A DNA stretch of 64,000 bases from Pseudomonadota bacterium (GCA_036339975.1 JAYYZV010000005.1:2099-66098); one strand, 5' to 3'. Shown: positions 8,745 through 18,969, counted from the stretch's first letter. The notes: generated by a model from the sequence alone, not told the origin. Translations and numbers: made by a program.

Positions 8745-9942
8745 CGGCACAATAAAGGTTGCGGATAAGGCTTTGGCGGAAGCCGAACTCGTCGACAAAG
8801 CCAAGCGCCTTGCGCCTCAGTTGGCAGACCGCGCCCGTCAAGCTGAGCTTGATCGACGTATTTCCGACCGAACCAATACCGATTTACGCGATGCGGGTTT
8901 TTACCGAGCATTACAGCCTGCAAGATATGGTGGCTTTGAGTTAGATTATGGAGCTCAGACGGCGTTCTCTCGAGAACTGGGACGGGTCTGCGCCTCTAGC
9001 GCTTGGGTGGCCGGCATCCTTGCTTGCCACGGTTGGATCGGGGGGATGTTCCCCGATGAGGCGCAAGGCGAGATTTGGTCCGATGACGTCGATGCTACGA
9101 TCGCGACATCCTTCCTTCCCGTTGGGGTGGAGGTAGAACGTCGGGGAGACGGTATCAGGATTAGTGGCCGGTGGAGGTTTTCGAGCGGGGTGGATTACTG
9201 CAGTTGGGCGATCCTGCTGGTGATAGTTCCGCCCAAAGGGGGGCAGGGTAACCCGGATCCGGTGTTCGCACTTGTCGATCTGACTAAATGCAAAATCGAA
9301 GATACCTGGAACAGTGCCGGCCTAACGGCGACTGGCAGTAACGATATCGTAGTTGACCGGGCGGATGTTCCGTCACATCGGATTATGCGGGTCATCGATA
9401 TGCGTGGCGAAGAAACACCTGGCTTCACCGCCAATAACAGTTATCTTTATCGTTTACCGCTTTTTGCTGTTTTTCCCTTCAACATTATTGGCCCGGCGCT
9501 CGGGGCTGCTCGCGGCGCGCTGGACGCCGTAATAGATGACTTGACCAACCGCCGATCAGTGACCGGTGCTGATCTCTCCCGCTCGGCGACAGTTCACCAA
9601 CGGGTCGGCCGGGCCGCGGCTCTGCTGGATTCGGCGGACGCGGTTATCGGCCAGCTTCGCAAGGAAATTGTTTCAAAGGGTAAGGCGGGAGATCAGTTCT
9701 CGATGCCCGATCGCGCTCGTTATCGCCTCAACCTTGGTCATGTTGCGAGGACCTGCTGCGACGCTGTTGACGAGTTATTGCCGCTTACTGGCGGCCGGGG
9801 ACTGGAATCATCACATCCGATGCAGCGCGCCTGGCGGGATGTCCATGCTGTCGCCCAACATATCGGGCTAGTGTGGGACCTTCAGACCGGGCTATATGGT
9901 AGCGTCCTGCTCGGTCATGAATGCCCCGACCCGAAGCTTTAG
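8737..9942 (+). CDS. acyl-CoA-dehydrogenase-fold flavin-dependent monooxygenase, oxygenase component (HsaA-like), paralog 2
   Basis: 401 aa. FYRALQPARYGGFE, SSAWVAGILACH, ISGRWRFSSGVDYCSW and QRAWRDVHAVAQH are collinear with the 1598-2848 protein. Confidence 0.7.
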   Translation: MPDGTIKVADKALAEAELVDKAKRLAPQLADRARQAELDRRISDRTNTDLRDAGFYRALQPARYGGFELDYGAQTAFSRELGRVCASSAWVAGILACHGWIGGMFPDEAQGEIWSDDVDATIATSFLPVGVEVERRGDGIRISGRWRFSSGVDYCSWAILLVIVPPKGGQGNPDPVFALVDLTKCKIEDTWNSAGLTATGSNDIVVDRADVPSHRIMRVIDMRGEETPGFTANNSYLYRLPLFAVFPFNIIGPALGAARGALDAVIDDLTNRRSVTGADLSRSATVHQRVGRAAALLDSADAVIGQLRKEIVSKGKAGDQFSMPDRARYRLNLGHVARTCCDAVDELLPLTGGRGLESSHPMQRAWRDVHAVAQHIGLVWDLQTGLYGSVLLGHECPDPKL

Positions 9943-10793
9943 CTCCCGACGCTTATTCTGAATTCACCTATCTGTTCGCATAGAAAGTGAAGTTCGTCGC
10001 CGGTTTTTACTTCGCTAACGCCCTCAGGTGATCCCGTGTACATCACGTCGCCGGGATACAGCGTGTAGTATTCCGATGCGTATTCGATCAGTTCCCGCAT
10101 GCTTAGGACCTGATCTTTGGTGTTTGCGTCTTGCTTTACTTCACCGTTGACTGAACCTTGAAATGACACGTCGTCCGGATTTTCGATTTCGTCTGCGGTC
10201 ACGAACCACGGGCCGAGGACGGCATAGCCGTCACAGGATTTTCGGGCGCTGCGGTCTTCCGGACCGCGCACCGTCATGTCGAGGCCGAGTGTATACCCCG
10301 CGATTACGTCTAGCGCGTCCTCTTTTTTTACGCGGCTACATTCTTTTCCGATGACCATGGCGAACTCGAATTCGTGATCGTTGCGTCGGTCGGGAAATCT
10401 TATTGGGATAGTATCGCCTGCGCCAATCAGCGCCGTGTTGGATTTTAGGAAAATGCCGGCTTCTTTGATCTTTGTCGTCCGTTCGATGTGTCGGATGCCG
10501 GGATCGGCCTGTGCCTCGTCTATATGTGCCCTATAGTTTACTGGTGCAGCCATCAATTTTCCTGGACGCGAAATTGGTGGCAGCAATTTCACCGTTTCTA
10601 GGGCGATCGGATCCGCGTCAACGGCCATTTTTTCAAGCTCGAGGTGCCATTTGGGGAGGGCTGCTATAATTGCGTCCGATTTTGCATCGTAGGGGTGTGT
10701 TGCACGGATCTGCTCCTGCGCCGCGGTCACGTCGCGAATGGTTCCGTCAACCAGTATGCCGAGGCGGTCGTTGTCGAACCTACAGATTTTCAT
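9939..10793 (-). CDS. fumarylacetoacetate hydrolase (FAH) family hydratase/decarboxylase/isomerase
   Basis: 284 aa. NYRAHIDE, EFEFAMVIGK, GYTLGLDMTVRG, PGDVMYTGSPEGV. Confidence 0.85.
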   Translation of the reverse strand: MKICRFDNDRLGILVDGTIRDVTAAQEQIRATHPYDAKSDAIIAALPKWHLELEKMAVDADPIALETVKLLPPISRPGKLMAAPVNYRAHIDEAQADPGIRHIERTTKIKEAGIFLKSNTALIGAGDTIPIRFPDRRNDHEFEFAMVIGKECSRVKKEDALDVIAGYTLGLDMTVRGPEDRSARKSCDGYAVLGPWFVTADEIENPDDVSFQGSVNGEVKQDANTKDQVLSMRELIEYASEYYTLYPGDVMYTGSPEGVSEVKTGDELHFLCEQIGEFRISVGS

Positions 10794-10890
10794 TTCTTAC
10801 CCATCGTCTTGATCTATCTGATTGCCTTGCTCTTTTGTCGCGCATAATTCTAGGATTGGAAAGACGTCTCGGGAGAATAGGGAGAAGAAA

Positions 10891-11766
10891 ATGAGCGATC
10901 CAATCGTGACCGGCCTTCGAAGCGCCGAATTTCAGGTGCCTGATCTGAAAACGGCAACCAAGTTTTACGAACATAACTGGGGGTTGGAGGTGGCTGATGC
11001 CGATGCGGACAGTATTTACCTTAGGGGCACTGGAAGGGCACATCATGCGCTAGTATTGCGCGAAGGTGGTGAAAAAAAACTGCTGGCGGTCAATCTTGCT
11101 GCGGCCGATAAGGCCGCAGTGGACGGGCTTTACGAAAAAGCAAAAGGGTTCGGAGCGTCTGTGAAAGCGCCAGAAGAACTAACCGGACCTGCTGGCGGGT
11201 ACGGCTTTATATTTCAAGACCTGAATGGCCGACCGTATCGAATTTCTTGCGGCATTTCCGACCATAAAGAAAAATTGGAAACAGCAGACCGGCCCGTAAA
11301 AATAAGCCACGTCGTCCTGAATTCGCCAGACAGGGAGGCGCAAAGCGATCAGTTCATAGATATTTTAGGCTTCAAGCTGACCGACCGAACGGGTTATATG
11401 GATTTCATACGCTGCAGCTCCGATCACCATGCGATTGCATACACAACTATAGATCGGCCAACGCTGAACCACGTCGCCTTTGAAATGCCAAGCCATGATG
11501 CGCTTATGTACGGTGCCGGGAGAATGAAGCAGACCGGGTATCCGACGGAATGGGGTGTCGGCCGACACGGGCCAGGTAACAATATCTTCGCTTATTTTGT
11601 CGATCCAAACGGGTACGTAATAGAATACACTGCTGAGGTGGAGCAGGTGGACGACCAATATAAGGTCGGCATGCCCGAAGACTGGGAACGGCCACCTGAA
11701 CTGCAGGGTGATGCCTGGGGCTTCGCAGATGGCGCCTCCGACAGGATGCGCGCCCACACCACCTGA
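10891..11766 (+). CDS. two-domain VOC-family extradiol ring-cleavage dioxygenase (catechol-2,3-dioxygenase/HsaC-like)
   Basis: ATG 10891 within ORF 10822-11766 (AGGGAGAAG upstream). Candidate metal ligands in ISHVVLN, LNHVAFEM and YVIEYTAE. Confidence 0.75.
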   Translation: MSDPIVTGLRSAEFQVPDLKTATKFYEHNWGLEVADADADSIYLRGTGRAHHALVLREGGEKKLLAVNLAAADKAAVDGLYEKAKGFGASVKAPEELTGPAGGYGFIFQDLNGRPYRISCGISDHKEKLETADRPVKISHVVLNSPDREAQSDQFIDILGFKLTDRTGYMDFIRCSSDHHAIAYTTIDRPTLNHVAFEMPSHDALMYGAGRMKQTGYPTEWGVGRHGPGNNIFAYFVDPNGYVIEYTAEVEQVDDQYKVGMPEDWERPPELQGDAWGFADGASDRMRAHTT

Positions 11767-11951
11767 TTTTGATCATTTTGGATAAAGTTGGGTTTATAAG
11801 GACGCTGAAATAATCGTCTGAAAACTTTTCAAATTTGATAATGCCGGACTGGACCTTTTAGTTGATTTCTTTACACTCCTTTCCGACAGGGCTGCGTTTG
11901 CCCAAACTGAATTGTATAAAATGTCAAACTGACCATAGGGAGGTCTAAATT

Positions 11952-13268
11952 ATGACTACGATTAATAGAGGGACACGCCTTCTTGGCGCGGCCTTAGCCG
12001 GCGCGTTTGTGCTAAGTGCAAGTGCGGCGTCAGCCCAGACTGTTAAAATTGGTGTGCCTACTTTTCTGACAGGGGCGGGTGCCCCAGCTTTCGGGATACC
12101 CGGCAAGCAGGGTGTGGAGCTTATTGTCAGAGGTATTAATAATGGAGAGCTGCCTGCTCCCTACAACACGAAAGGTCTTGCGGGTCGTCAGATTGAAGCT
12201 CTCATCTATGATGAAGCGGGTGGAGGCACTAAACAGGTTACCGAGCTCAGAAATAAGAAGCAAAAAGATAAAGTAGACGCAATTATCGGGCAAATTTCAT
12301 CGGGAACCTGCGCGGCAACCACGAAGGTGTCGGAAGAAATTAAAGTTCTGACGATTCAAACCGTTTGCGGAACACCGCGGATCTTTGAAGACATTAACCC
12401 TAATCCTAAGTACGTTTTTAGGACTATGAACCACGGGACGGCCAATAACGTCTCTGCCGCCCATTACATTGTGTCAAAACACAAGGATAAAGTCGGAAAA
12501 GGGTTTACTGGAATTAACCAGAATTATGCTTGGGGACAAGACTCATGGCGTGATTTTAGCTTAGCGATGCAGGCCTTAATGCCGGGAGTAAAGGGTTCCA
12601 AGAAGAACCAAATGCCCAAAATTTTCGCTGGGCAGTATGGCAGTGAAATCTCTGCGCTGTCGCGGTCAAAAGAAGGTCTAGTCCACTCGAGTTTTTGGGG
12701 TGGTGATCTTGAGGCCTTCATTGGTCAGGCTGGAGCTCGGGGCCTTTTCAAGAGAAAGCTGTTTGTTTTTACCGTTGGCGAAACAGTTGCGTATCGCCTT
12801 GGGAAAAAGTTTCCAGAAGGCATAATCGTGGGAACCCGCGGGCCATACGGTATGTATGTAGTAGACGATCCGTCCCCGCTAAATCAGTGGTTCCAGAAGG
12901 AATTTCGTAAGGCTTATGGTATGCCGCCAGCGCAGCCATCCTACCAATACGCACAGGGCTTCTTGGCAGCAAAATATGCATACGACAAGGCGGCCAAAGC
13001 TGCTGGTAAATTCCCAAGCACAGAACAGGTTATTGCTGCTCTGACCGGGGCAACGTTCCCGACGTTCGTTGGAAACGTGCGAATGGCTCTTGGTAAAGGT
13101 CATCAGGGCATTACAGATGACATGTGGGGCGTTACTACCTGGGATAAAGACCGCAAAGAAATGGTCGTAAAAGACGTCGTAAAATTCTCCCCCGAGTGTG
13201 TTATGCCCCCCGCTGGTGTAAAAGGAGTTGACTGGATCAAGGGTGGTATGAAGGGCGCTAAGTGCTAA
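11952..13268 (+). CDS. ABC transporter periplasmic substrate-binding protein, LivK/Peripla_BP_6 type
   Basis: 438 aa. Sec signal peptide MTTINRGTRLLGAALAGAFVLSASAASAQ, then VKIGVPTFLTGAGA. Directly upstream of LivHMGF-type genes. Confidence 0.85.
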   Translation: MTTINRGTRLLGAALAGAFVLSASAASAQTVKIGVPTFLTGAGAPAFGIPGKQGVELIVRGINNGELPAPYNTKGLAGRQIEALIYDEAGGGTKQVTELRNKKQKDKVDAIIGQISSGTCAATTKVSEEIKVLTIQTVCGTPRIFEDINPNPKYVFRTMNHGTANNVSAAHYIVSKHKDKVGKGFTGINQNYAWGQDSWRDFSLAMQALMPGVKGSKKNQMPKIFAGQYGSEISALSRSKEGLVHSSFWGGDLEAFIGQAGARGLFKRKLFVFTVGETVAYRLGKKFPEGIIVGTRGPYGMYVVDDPSPLNQWFQKEFRKAYGMPPAQPSYQYAQGFLAAKYAYDKAAKAAGKFPSTEQVIAALTGATFPTFVGNVRMALGKGHQGITDDMWGVTTWDKDRKEMVVKDVVKFSPECVMPPAGVKGVDWIKGGMKGAKC

Positions 13269-13303
13269 GTAGGCACTAAGGGCGTAGACAATAATTTGTA
13301 ACA

Positions 13304-13334
13304 CCGGGGGGCGGCTCGCCGTCCCCCGGCTTTG
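13304..13334 (+). terminator. GC-rich intercistronic hairpin with short T tract between the binding-protein and permease genes (partial terminator or mRNA stabiliser)
   Basis: CCGGGGGGCGG (13304-13314), loop CTCG, CCGTCCCCCGG (13319-13329) with one mismatch, followed by CTTTG. Confidence 0.35.
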
Positions 13335-13378
13335 TATGGGAAGATAAAGCGCCCAAAAAAGAGCGCGTATAATTTTGT

Positions 13379-14296
13379 TTGGGGAGGCTGAAATTGGATT
13401 TTGAGCTTTTAATAGTCATCCTTATAGATGGCTTGGTTTATTCCTCTTACCTTTTTCTGGTAGCCGTTGGTTTGACGGTTATTTTTGGTGTTCAAAAGGT
13501 CCTAAACGTCACTCACGGTGCCTTTTATGCATTTGGTGCATACCTAACGGCTTTTCTAATAGGTCTAGCGGCGAACGGCGGTTGGCCGGACTCCGGCGGC
13601 TTCTTAATTATTTTGGTTAGCGCTATTTTTCTCGGGATCGTCCTCGGTATCATTATCGAGAGGGGACTTCTGAAATTTCTCTACGACAGAGACGAGCACA
13701 TCGTGGTTCTCGCTACCTTTGCCGCATTTCTCGTTTTAGAGGACGCAATACTACTTATTTGGGGTACTGATCCCTACCTTGCTTTTCAGCCGCTAGCATT
13801 GCTTGGTAATAGCGAGATCGCTGGGCTGATCTTTGACAACTACGCACTTACAATGATCGCCCTATCATTCGTCATTGCATTCATACTTTGGTACGGCCTT
13901 AACAGAACACAGTTTGGCCGAGTTCTTCTCGCGGTCATATTTGATCGTGAAGTCAGCATGGCTATGGGCATAAACGTAACGAAGGTGTTTTTAATCACTT
14001 TTATCATCGGAACATTTCTTGGTGCATTGGGGGGCGCTTACCACGCCCCAATAATCTCAGTTCAGCCGGGTATTGGCGTAGAAGTAATTGTGCTCGCGTT
14101 TGCTGTGGTTGTTATAGGAGGTATGGGTTCTATCCCCGGGGCTCTTATCGGAGCAATCGTCGTGGGCATATCGAGGGCGGCGGCAGTGCATATGCTTCCA
14201 GAAGTTGAACTTTTTGTCATCTACTCAATCATGGCGCTTGTCTTGGTGTTCCGACCGGAGGGTCTTTTTGCTCCGATTAAGGCGAGGAAAATATGA
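13379..14296 (+). CDS. branched-chain-amino-acid-type ABC permease (LivH-like)
   Basis: 305 aa, polytopic membrane protein. The true start may be TTG 13394, 6 nt after GGGGAGG. Confidence 0.85.
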   Translation: MGRLKLDFELLIVILIDGLVYSSYLFLVAVGLTVIFGVQKVLNVTHGAFYAFGAYLTAFLIGLAANGGWPDSGGFLIILVSAIFLGIVLGIIIERGLLKFLYDRDEHIVVLATFAAFLVLEDAILLIWGTDPYLAFQPLALLGNSEIAGLIFDNYALTMIALSFVIAFILWYGLNRTQFGRVLLAVIFDREVSMAMGINVTKVFLITFIIGTFLGALGGAYHAPIISVQPGIGVEVIVLAFAVVVIGGMGSIPGALIGAIVVGISRAAAVHMLPEVELFVIYSIMALVLVFRPEGLFAPIKARKI

Positions 14297-15279
14297 CCCG
14301 TTTATTCGATAAAACTTTTTGGGGCCTCACCATTGGGCTAGTAGCGTTATTCGTGCTCAACTTCTTTCTTGAAGAGTGGATGCGGACGATTGGTTTGCAG
14401 ACCCTATCAAGAGGATTGGTCGCAATTGGTCTGCTGATCCTCTGGCGCGCCGGTCTCGTGTCATTCGGGCACGCTCTGTTTTTTGGTTTCGGTGCTTATA
14501 CTGTCGCAATGCTTCAGATAGTAGGGGTGAGAGACATATTCCTGCTGATGATAGGTGGTATTTTTACAGCTGGCATGCTGGCGTTTGTTCTCGGGTTTTT
14601 ACTTAGACAATACCGGGCTATCTTTTTTGCGCTGTTGAATATGGCTTTCTCAATGATCCTTTACGGCGTGTTGGCCAAAGTTGAATCCCTCGGTTCTACT
14701 GATGGAATTGGGATCGAACAGGTGACTTTTCTTGGTATAAACCCCGGCGACGATAACTATCGTTTTGTATTCTACATCTTTGCCATAGTTTTCGCATACG
14801 TTTCAGCAGTCGCTGCTCATTGGTACTTGAAATCGACCTTGGGTATGATGACGATGGCAGTTCGCGAAAATGAAATCCGGGTTGAATACCTTGGGTATTC
14901 CTCTGAAAAAGCGATCCATTCAAAATATATTATTTCAGGTTTGTTAGCCGGCGCCGGCGGAGTAATAATGGCTGTGACAGTAGGACATGTAGATCCCGAC
15001 TCTATGGTCTATTGGCCAGTCTCGGGTGACTTTGTGTTTATAACCATTTTAGCCGGGACCGGTAATGTCAGTGCGACGTTTATCGGAGCCTTAGTCTATG
15101 AGTTGCTTCGGACTTATGCCTTTGAATTTGCTCCAGAAATTTGGCAGTTAATTCTTGGGGGGTCGTTATTGCTTATCATAATGTTCCTGCCAGATGGCCT
15201 TTGGTCTATCCGCAGTGAGTGGCGTCACAAAAGAGCTTTGCGTGCCGCAAACCGCGCCCAAGCCTCGTCAGAGGAGTGA
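14293..15279 (+). CDS. branched-chain-amino-acid-type ABC permease (LivM-like)
   Basis: 328 aa, polytopic. 4-nt ATGA overlap with the preceding permease gene. Confidence 0.85.
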   Translation: MTRLFDKTFWGLTIGLVALFVLNFFLEEWMRTIGLQTLSRGLVAIGLLILWRAGLVSFGHALFFGFGAYTVAMLQIVGVRDIFLLMIGGIFTAGMLAFVLGFLLRQYRAIFFALLNMAFSMILYGVLAKVESLGSTDGIGIEQVTFLGINPGDDNYRFVFYIFAIVFAYVSAVAAHWYLKSTLGMMTMAVRENEIRVEYLGYSSEKAIHSKYIISGLLAGAGGVIMAVTVGHVDPDSMVYWPVSGDFVFITILAGTGNVSATFIGALVYELLRTYAFEFAPEIWQLILGGSLLLIIMFLPDGLWSIRSEWRHKRALRAANRAQASSEE

Positions 15280-15283
15280 GATT

Positions 15284-16066
15284 ATGACAACGGTACTCAA
15301 GGTGCAGGATCTAGAAAAGAACTTCGGTGGAGTTATCGCGGCTCGAAATATTAACGTGGAGGTTAACGAGGGTGAGACCATTGGCATTATTGGTGCCAAT
15401 GGTGCGGGAAAAACAACATTTGTAAACATGGTCACCGGGTATTTACCGCCATCATCTGGTGAGGTTGAGTTTCTCGGGCAAAGCTTGATCGGTTTTAAGC
15501 CCCGCGAAGTTACAAAACTCGGGCTTTGCCGGTCATTCCAAGTGCCGCAGGTGTTCCTTTCAGAAACGGTCTTTGACAACATGTTGGTTGCATACGGTAT
15601 AGCTGAGCAGACAGGTTTTAGTCTGTTTAGGCCGATCCACACTGATGACCGAGAGACGAGGGTGGATAATCAACTTGAGAGATATCAAATCTCCGATTAT
15701 CGAGACACACCTGCGTCTGCATTACCACAGGGTGTTAGAAAACTTTTGGATATTGCGATGGCAACAGTTCGTAATCCCAAACTAGTAATGCTCGACGAAC
15801 CCACAAGCGGCATAAGTGTCGAGGAAAAATTCGACCTTATGGACATTATAATGGAGGCTATGCGCCAGGAGGACACGACCGTCATGTTCATCGAACATGA
15901 TATGGAGATAGTAGAACGTTTTGTAGACCGAGTTTGGGCATTTTATCAGGGCGAAATCATTTGCGACGCGCCGACGGCGGAAGCGATGGTCGACGAAAAA
16001 GTGCGCGAATTTGTGATAGGTCAAGAATATCATCCGGCACACCTCGAAGGGGACGCAAATGCTTAA
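15284..16066 (+). CDS. ABC transporter ATP-binding protein (LivG-like)
   Basis: ATG 15284 (GAGGAG upstream) within ORF 15194-16066. Walker A GANGAGKTT, Walker B LVMLDEPTSG, H-loop FIEHDM. The signature is degenerate (LPQGV). Confidence 0.85.
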   Translation: MTTVLKVQDLEKNFGGVIAARNINVEVNEGETIGIIGANGAGKTTFVNMVTGYLPPSSGEVEFLGQSLIGFKPREVTKLGLCRSFQVPQVFLSETVFDNMLVAYGIAEQTGFSLFRPIHTDDRETRVDNQLERYQISDYRDTPASALPQGVRKLLDIAMATVRNPKLVMLDEPTSGISVEEKFDLMDIIMEAMRQEDTTVMFIEHDMEIVERFVDRVWAFYQGEIICDAPTAEAMVDEKVREFVIGQEYHPAHLEGDANA

Positions 16067-16703
16067 TATTCAAGGCATAGACGTCAATATTGGCGCGACG
16101 CCGATTTTGCGAGGTGTCACCCTTGAGGTTCCTTCAGGTACAATGTGCGGCCTTATCGGCCGTAATGGCGCAGGAAAAACCACCTTCATGCGGGCTGTAA
16201 TGGGGGCACTTGAGGCCAAAGCCGGAGGTATTGAATTTGATGGAGAAAATCTTCGTGAGGCTCCTGCTCACCGTCGCGCCCATATTGGCATAGGTTTCAT
16301 GCCGGAAGACAGGCGGCTGGTGCCGCAATTGACAGCCGAGGAAAATATTCTTCTACCGACTTGGACCACCAAGATGGAGGGTGCCGCGGACCGGCTGGCT
16401 TGGATCTATAAGTTAATGCCCGAGGTTGAGGAATTTCGCAGTCGGGGTGCGACAGAGCTTTCTGGCGGGCAGCAGAAGTTTGTAGCATTCGCCCGTGCAC
16501 TGATGGTTGGCACCAAGTTGCTGATGCTGGACGAGCCCTCAGAGGGTATTGCGCCGGTCTTTGCACAACGGATGGTTGAAATCATGGCCAATCTGAAGGA
16601 GGAAGGGGAGTCCGTGCTGGTCGCCGAATCAAACGACAAGCATATCAACAGCCTTCTCGACAAAACCTTCGTCATCGAGCGTGGGTCAATTATTAACGGG
16701 TGA
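16059..16703 (+). CDS. ABC transporter ATP-binding protein (LivF-like)
   Basis: 214 aa. Walker A GRNGAGKTT, signature LSGGQQK, Walker B LLMLDEPSEG. 8-nt overlap with the upstream ATPase gene. Confidence 0.85.
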   Translation: MLNIQGIDVNIGATPILRGVTLEVPSGTMCGLIGRNGAGKTTFMRAVMGALEAKAGGIEFDGENLREAPAHRRAHIGIGFMPEDRRLVPQLTAEENILLPTWTTKMEGAADRLAWIYKLMPEVEEFRSRGATELSGGQQKFVAFARALMVGTKLLMLDEPSEGIAPVFAQRMVEIMANLKEEGESVLVAESNDKHINSLLDKTFVIERGSIING

Positions 16704-17050
16704 CGGTAGTTCCTCTTTCGAAAACTCTGCTTCGTATATTGCGCCGCGGTATGTTTTGTCTGGAAACACATCTTATTCTATTCAGTACCGCATCGTGTTT
16801 GATCCTACGTAAGGTCCTCCGTAGAGCTCAACCGACTAGCGGTTTTACATTATTATGGATGTGGTCCCGGAAGATCTAAAAAGCGCCTGGGGCCGGTTGG
16901 TGTTCCAGTAATCAGTCCTTTTTGCTTGGCAGTTAACCCCGAGATAGCCCCTGTATTTGGCCACAGTGGGGCGAGGGCGGGCAAACACTTATATGATTAG
17001 GTCGGGACCTAGGGAGGGATTTTCTGGATATCGCACTTACTTCTGTTGTT

Positions 17051-17764
17051 ATGGCCGCACTTCTCCTTGCGGGTGCTGTAAAGGGCATTATTGGTCTGGG
17101 GTTGCCCCTCACGGCCATATCAGTCATGGGCGCTTTTACCGATCTGCGCACCGCTATTGCGTTTATTGCAATCCCGGTCGTTGCAACCAACCTCTATCAG
17201 GCCTTTGAGGGCGGTCGTGCTGGAGAAATGTTTAGTAGGTATTGGCGGATAAATTTTTATTCCGTGATTGGCACTGTTGTCGGGGCGCAGATATTATTCT
17301 TGGTTGACCCGCGGATTCTGACAACCATCCTAGGTGTCGTAGTTGTGATCTATGTTCTTTTAAATATCACTCGTTTTCAAATTCGTATTACCGACCGCAC
17401 CAACCCATGGGCAGTGCCACCACTCGGTTTGCTGTCCGGCCTTTTAACCGGAACGACGGGATCCGTCGGTATTCCTATCGCGCTGTATCTACAGGCACTC
17501 GATATTGACAAAGAGAGCTTCCTCCGTGCTATTGCGCTAACATTTCTGATCAGCGCTTCGTTTCTGGTCATAGCGCTTGCTGAAAAAGGCGCATTCACGC
17601 AGGAAAATCTGTTTATCTCCGCATTAAGCCTCATACCAGCGTTTGCTGGTATGGCCATCGGACAAAGATTTCGGGGCCGACTGTCCGAAGAACGCTTCCG
17701 AAAATTCGTATATCTGTTCCTGCTAATTGCGGCGGCAAATCTGATGCGGAAAGGTCTGTTTTAG
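17051..17764 (+). CDS. TauE/SafE (TSUP) family sulfite/anion exporter
   Basis: 237 aa, polytopic. LLLAGAVKGIIGLGLPLTAI and GLLTGTTGSVGIP repeats are typical of TSUP. An in-frame CTG at 17024, 5 nt after AGGGAGGG, is an alternative start. Confidence 0.75.
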   Translation: MAALLLAGAVKGIIGLGLPLTAISVMGAFTDLRTAIAFIAIPVVATNLYQAFEGGRAGEMFSRYWRINFYSVIGTVVGAQILFLVDPRILTTILGVVVVIYVLLNITRFQIRITDRTNPWAVPPLGLLSGLLTGTTGSVGIPIALYLQALDIDKESFLRAIALTFLISASFLVIALAEKGAFTQENLFISALSLIPAFAGMAIGQRFRGRLSEERFRKFVYLFLLIAAANLMRKGLF

Positions 17765-18006
17765 CTTCTGGCCTCGCGGCCAGGCAGCCGTCGTGCGCAA
17801 CGGCCATCGCACCATCTATTTTATATATGGATATGTCTACGCGGAAACTATGTCCCTATTCAGTTTAATTTGTTTAAAAATTTAGTGTGGGAGGGCCGAA
17901 GCCTGGTACAGACAGGTAATTTTCAATTATTGATGGTTGTTCATCTCAATCGGCGGAGTTAGTGGCATGTTTCATGCTATCATGGGGTTTTCCTGAAAGG
18001 TATTTC

Positions 18007-18969
18007 ATGACTGCCGTCCCGGCAACAATCACTGCCATTTACGCCGCCATTCCCTCGCCTGTGCGAGGCGTTTTATTTATGATGATATCTGCGATTGGTG
18101 TTGTGGCCATGAACGTTTCGATCCGGAACATCGCCGATGATATTCATCCCTTCGTGATAGCCCTTTTCCGGCACTCCATCGGTGTATGCCTTTTGGCGCC
18201 ATTGATTCTGCGGCGCGATCATAACCCTTTTCGGACAGGTCACCTTCCACTGCACGGGTTACGGGCTCTATTCAACGTGATCGCGATGCTGGCTTACTTC
18301 GTGGCCCTGACAATGGAGCCGTTGGCCAAGGTAGTTGCGCTTACATTCACCGCACCTCTTCTCGCTACCGTCGGAGCGGTATTGATCCTTCGGGAAAAAG
18401 TCAGTCGGCACCGGTATGGAGCGTTAGCTATTGGCCTCGCCGGTGCGCTTATTATCCTGCGGCCGTGGGCCGTTGAAATCAGCACCGGCTCACTCCTGTT
18501 GTTGTTATCGTCCAGTACTTGGGCTATGGCGTTGGTTGTGATCAAAGTGCTCTCGCGGCACGACAATCCGGTGACCATCGCTCTTTATGCGTCACTTCTT
18601 CAGGTCCCATTCTGTTTGGTTGCTGCCTCGTTCTTCTGGCAATGGCCGACACCATATCAGTGGTTCATTATCTTCCTGATAGCTATCTTCGGCAGCACGA
18701 CCCAGATCTGTCTAGCTCAGGCGTTTCGCGAGGCTGACGCCACTGTCGTTCTGCCAGCCGATTTCACTAAACTGGTGTTTGCCGGGTTGGCAGGATGGCT
18801 ATTTTTCTCCGAACTACCGGAAATCTGGATCTGGATCGGCGGCACAATAGTTTTCAGTGGGGTTTTCTTGAACACCTGGTTTGAGAAGCGAGCCCGGGAC
18901 TCCAGCGGTCTTGCACAAGTACAGGAAGTTTCGCAGACTCCGCCAAACAGCAATGAAAGACCGCCATGA
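18007..18969 (+). CDS. EamA/DMT-family transporter
   Basis: ATG 18007 within ORF 17962-18969. About 10 TM segments. Shares the ALIILRP and PADFTKL..F.E motifs with the EamA array at 46-53 kb. Confidence 0.8.
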   Translation: MTAVPATITAIYAAIPSPVRGVLFMMISAIGVVAMNVSIRNIADDIHPFVIALFRHSIGVCLLAPLILRRDHNPFRTGHLPLHGLRALFNVIAMLAYFVALTMEPLAKVVALTFTAPLLATVGAVLILREKVSRHRYGALAIGLAGALIILRPWAVEISTGSLLLLLSSSTWAMALVVIKVLSRHDNPVTIALYASLLQVPFCLVAASFFWQWPTPYQWFIIFLIAIFGSTTQICLAQAFREADATVVLPADFTKLVFAGLAGWLFFSELPEIWIWIGGTIVFSGVFLNTWFEKRARDSSGLAQVQEVSQTPPNSNERPP

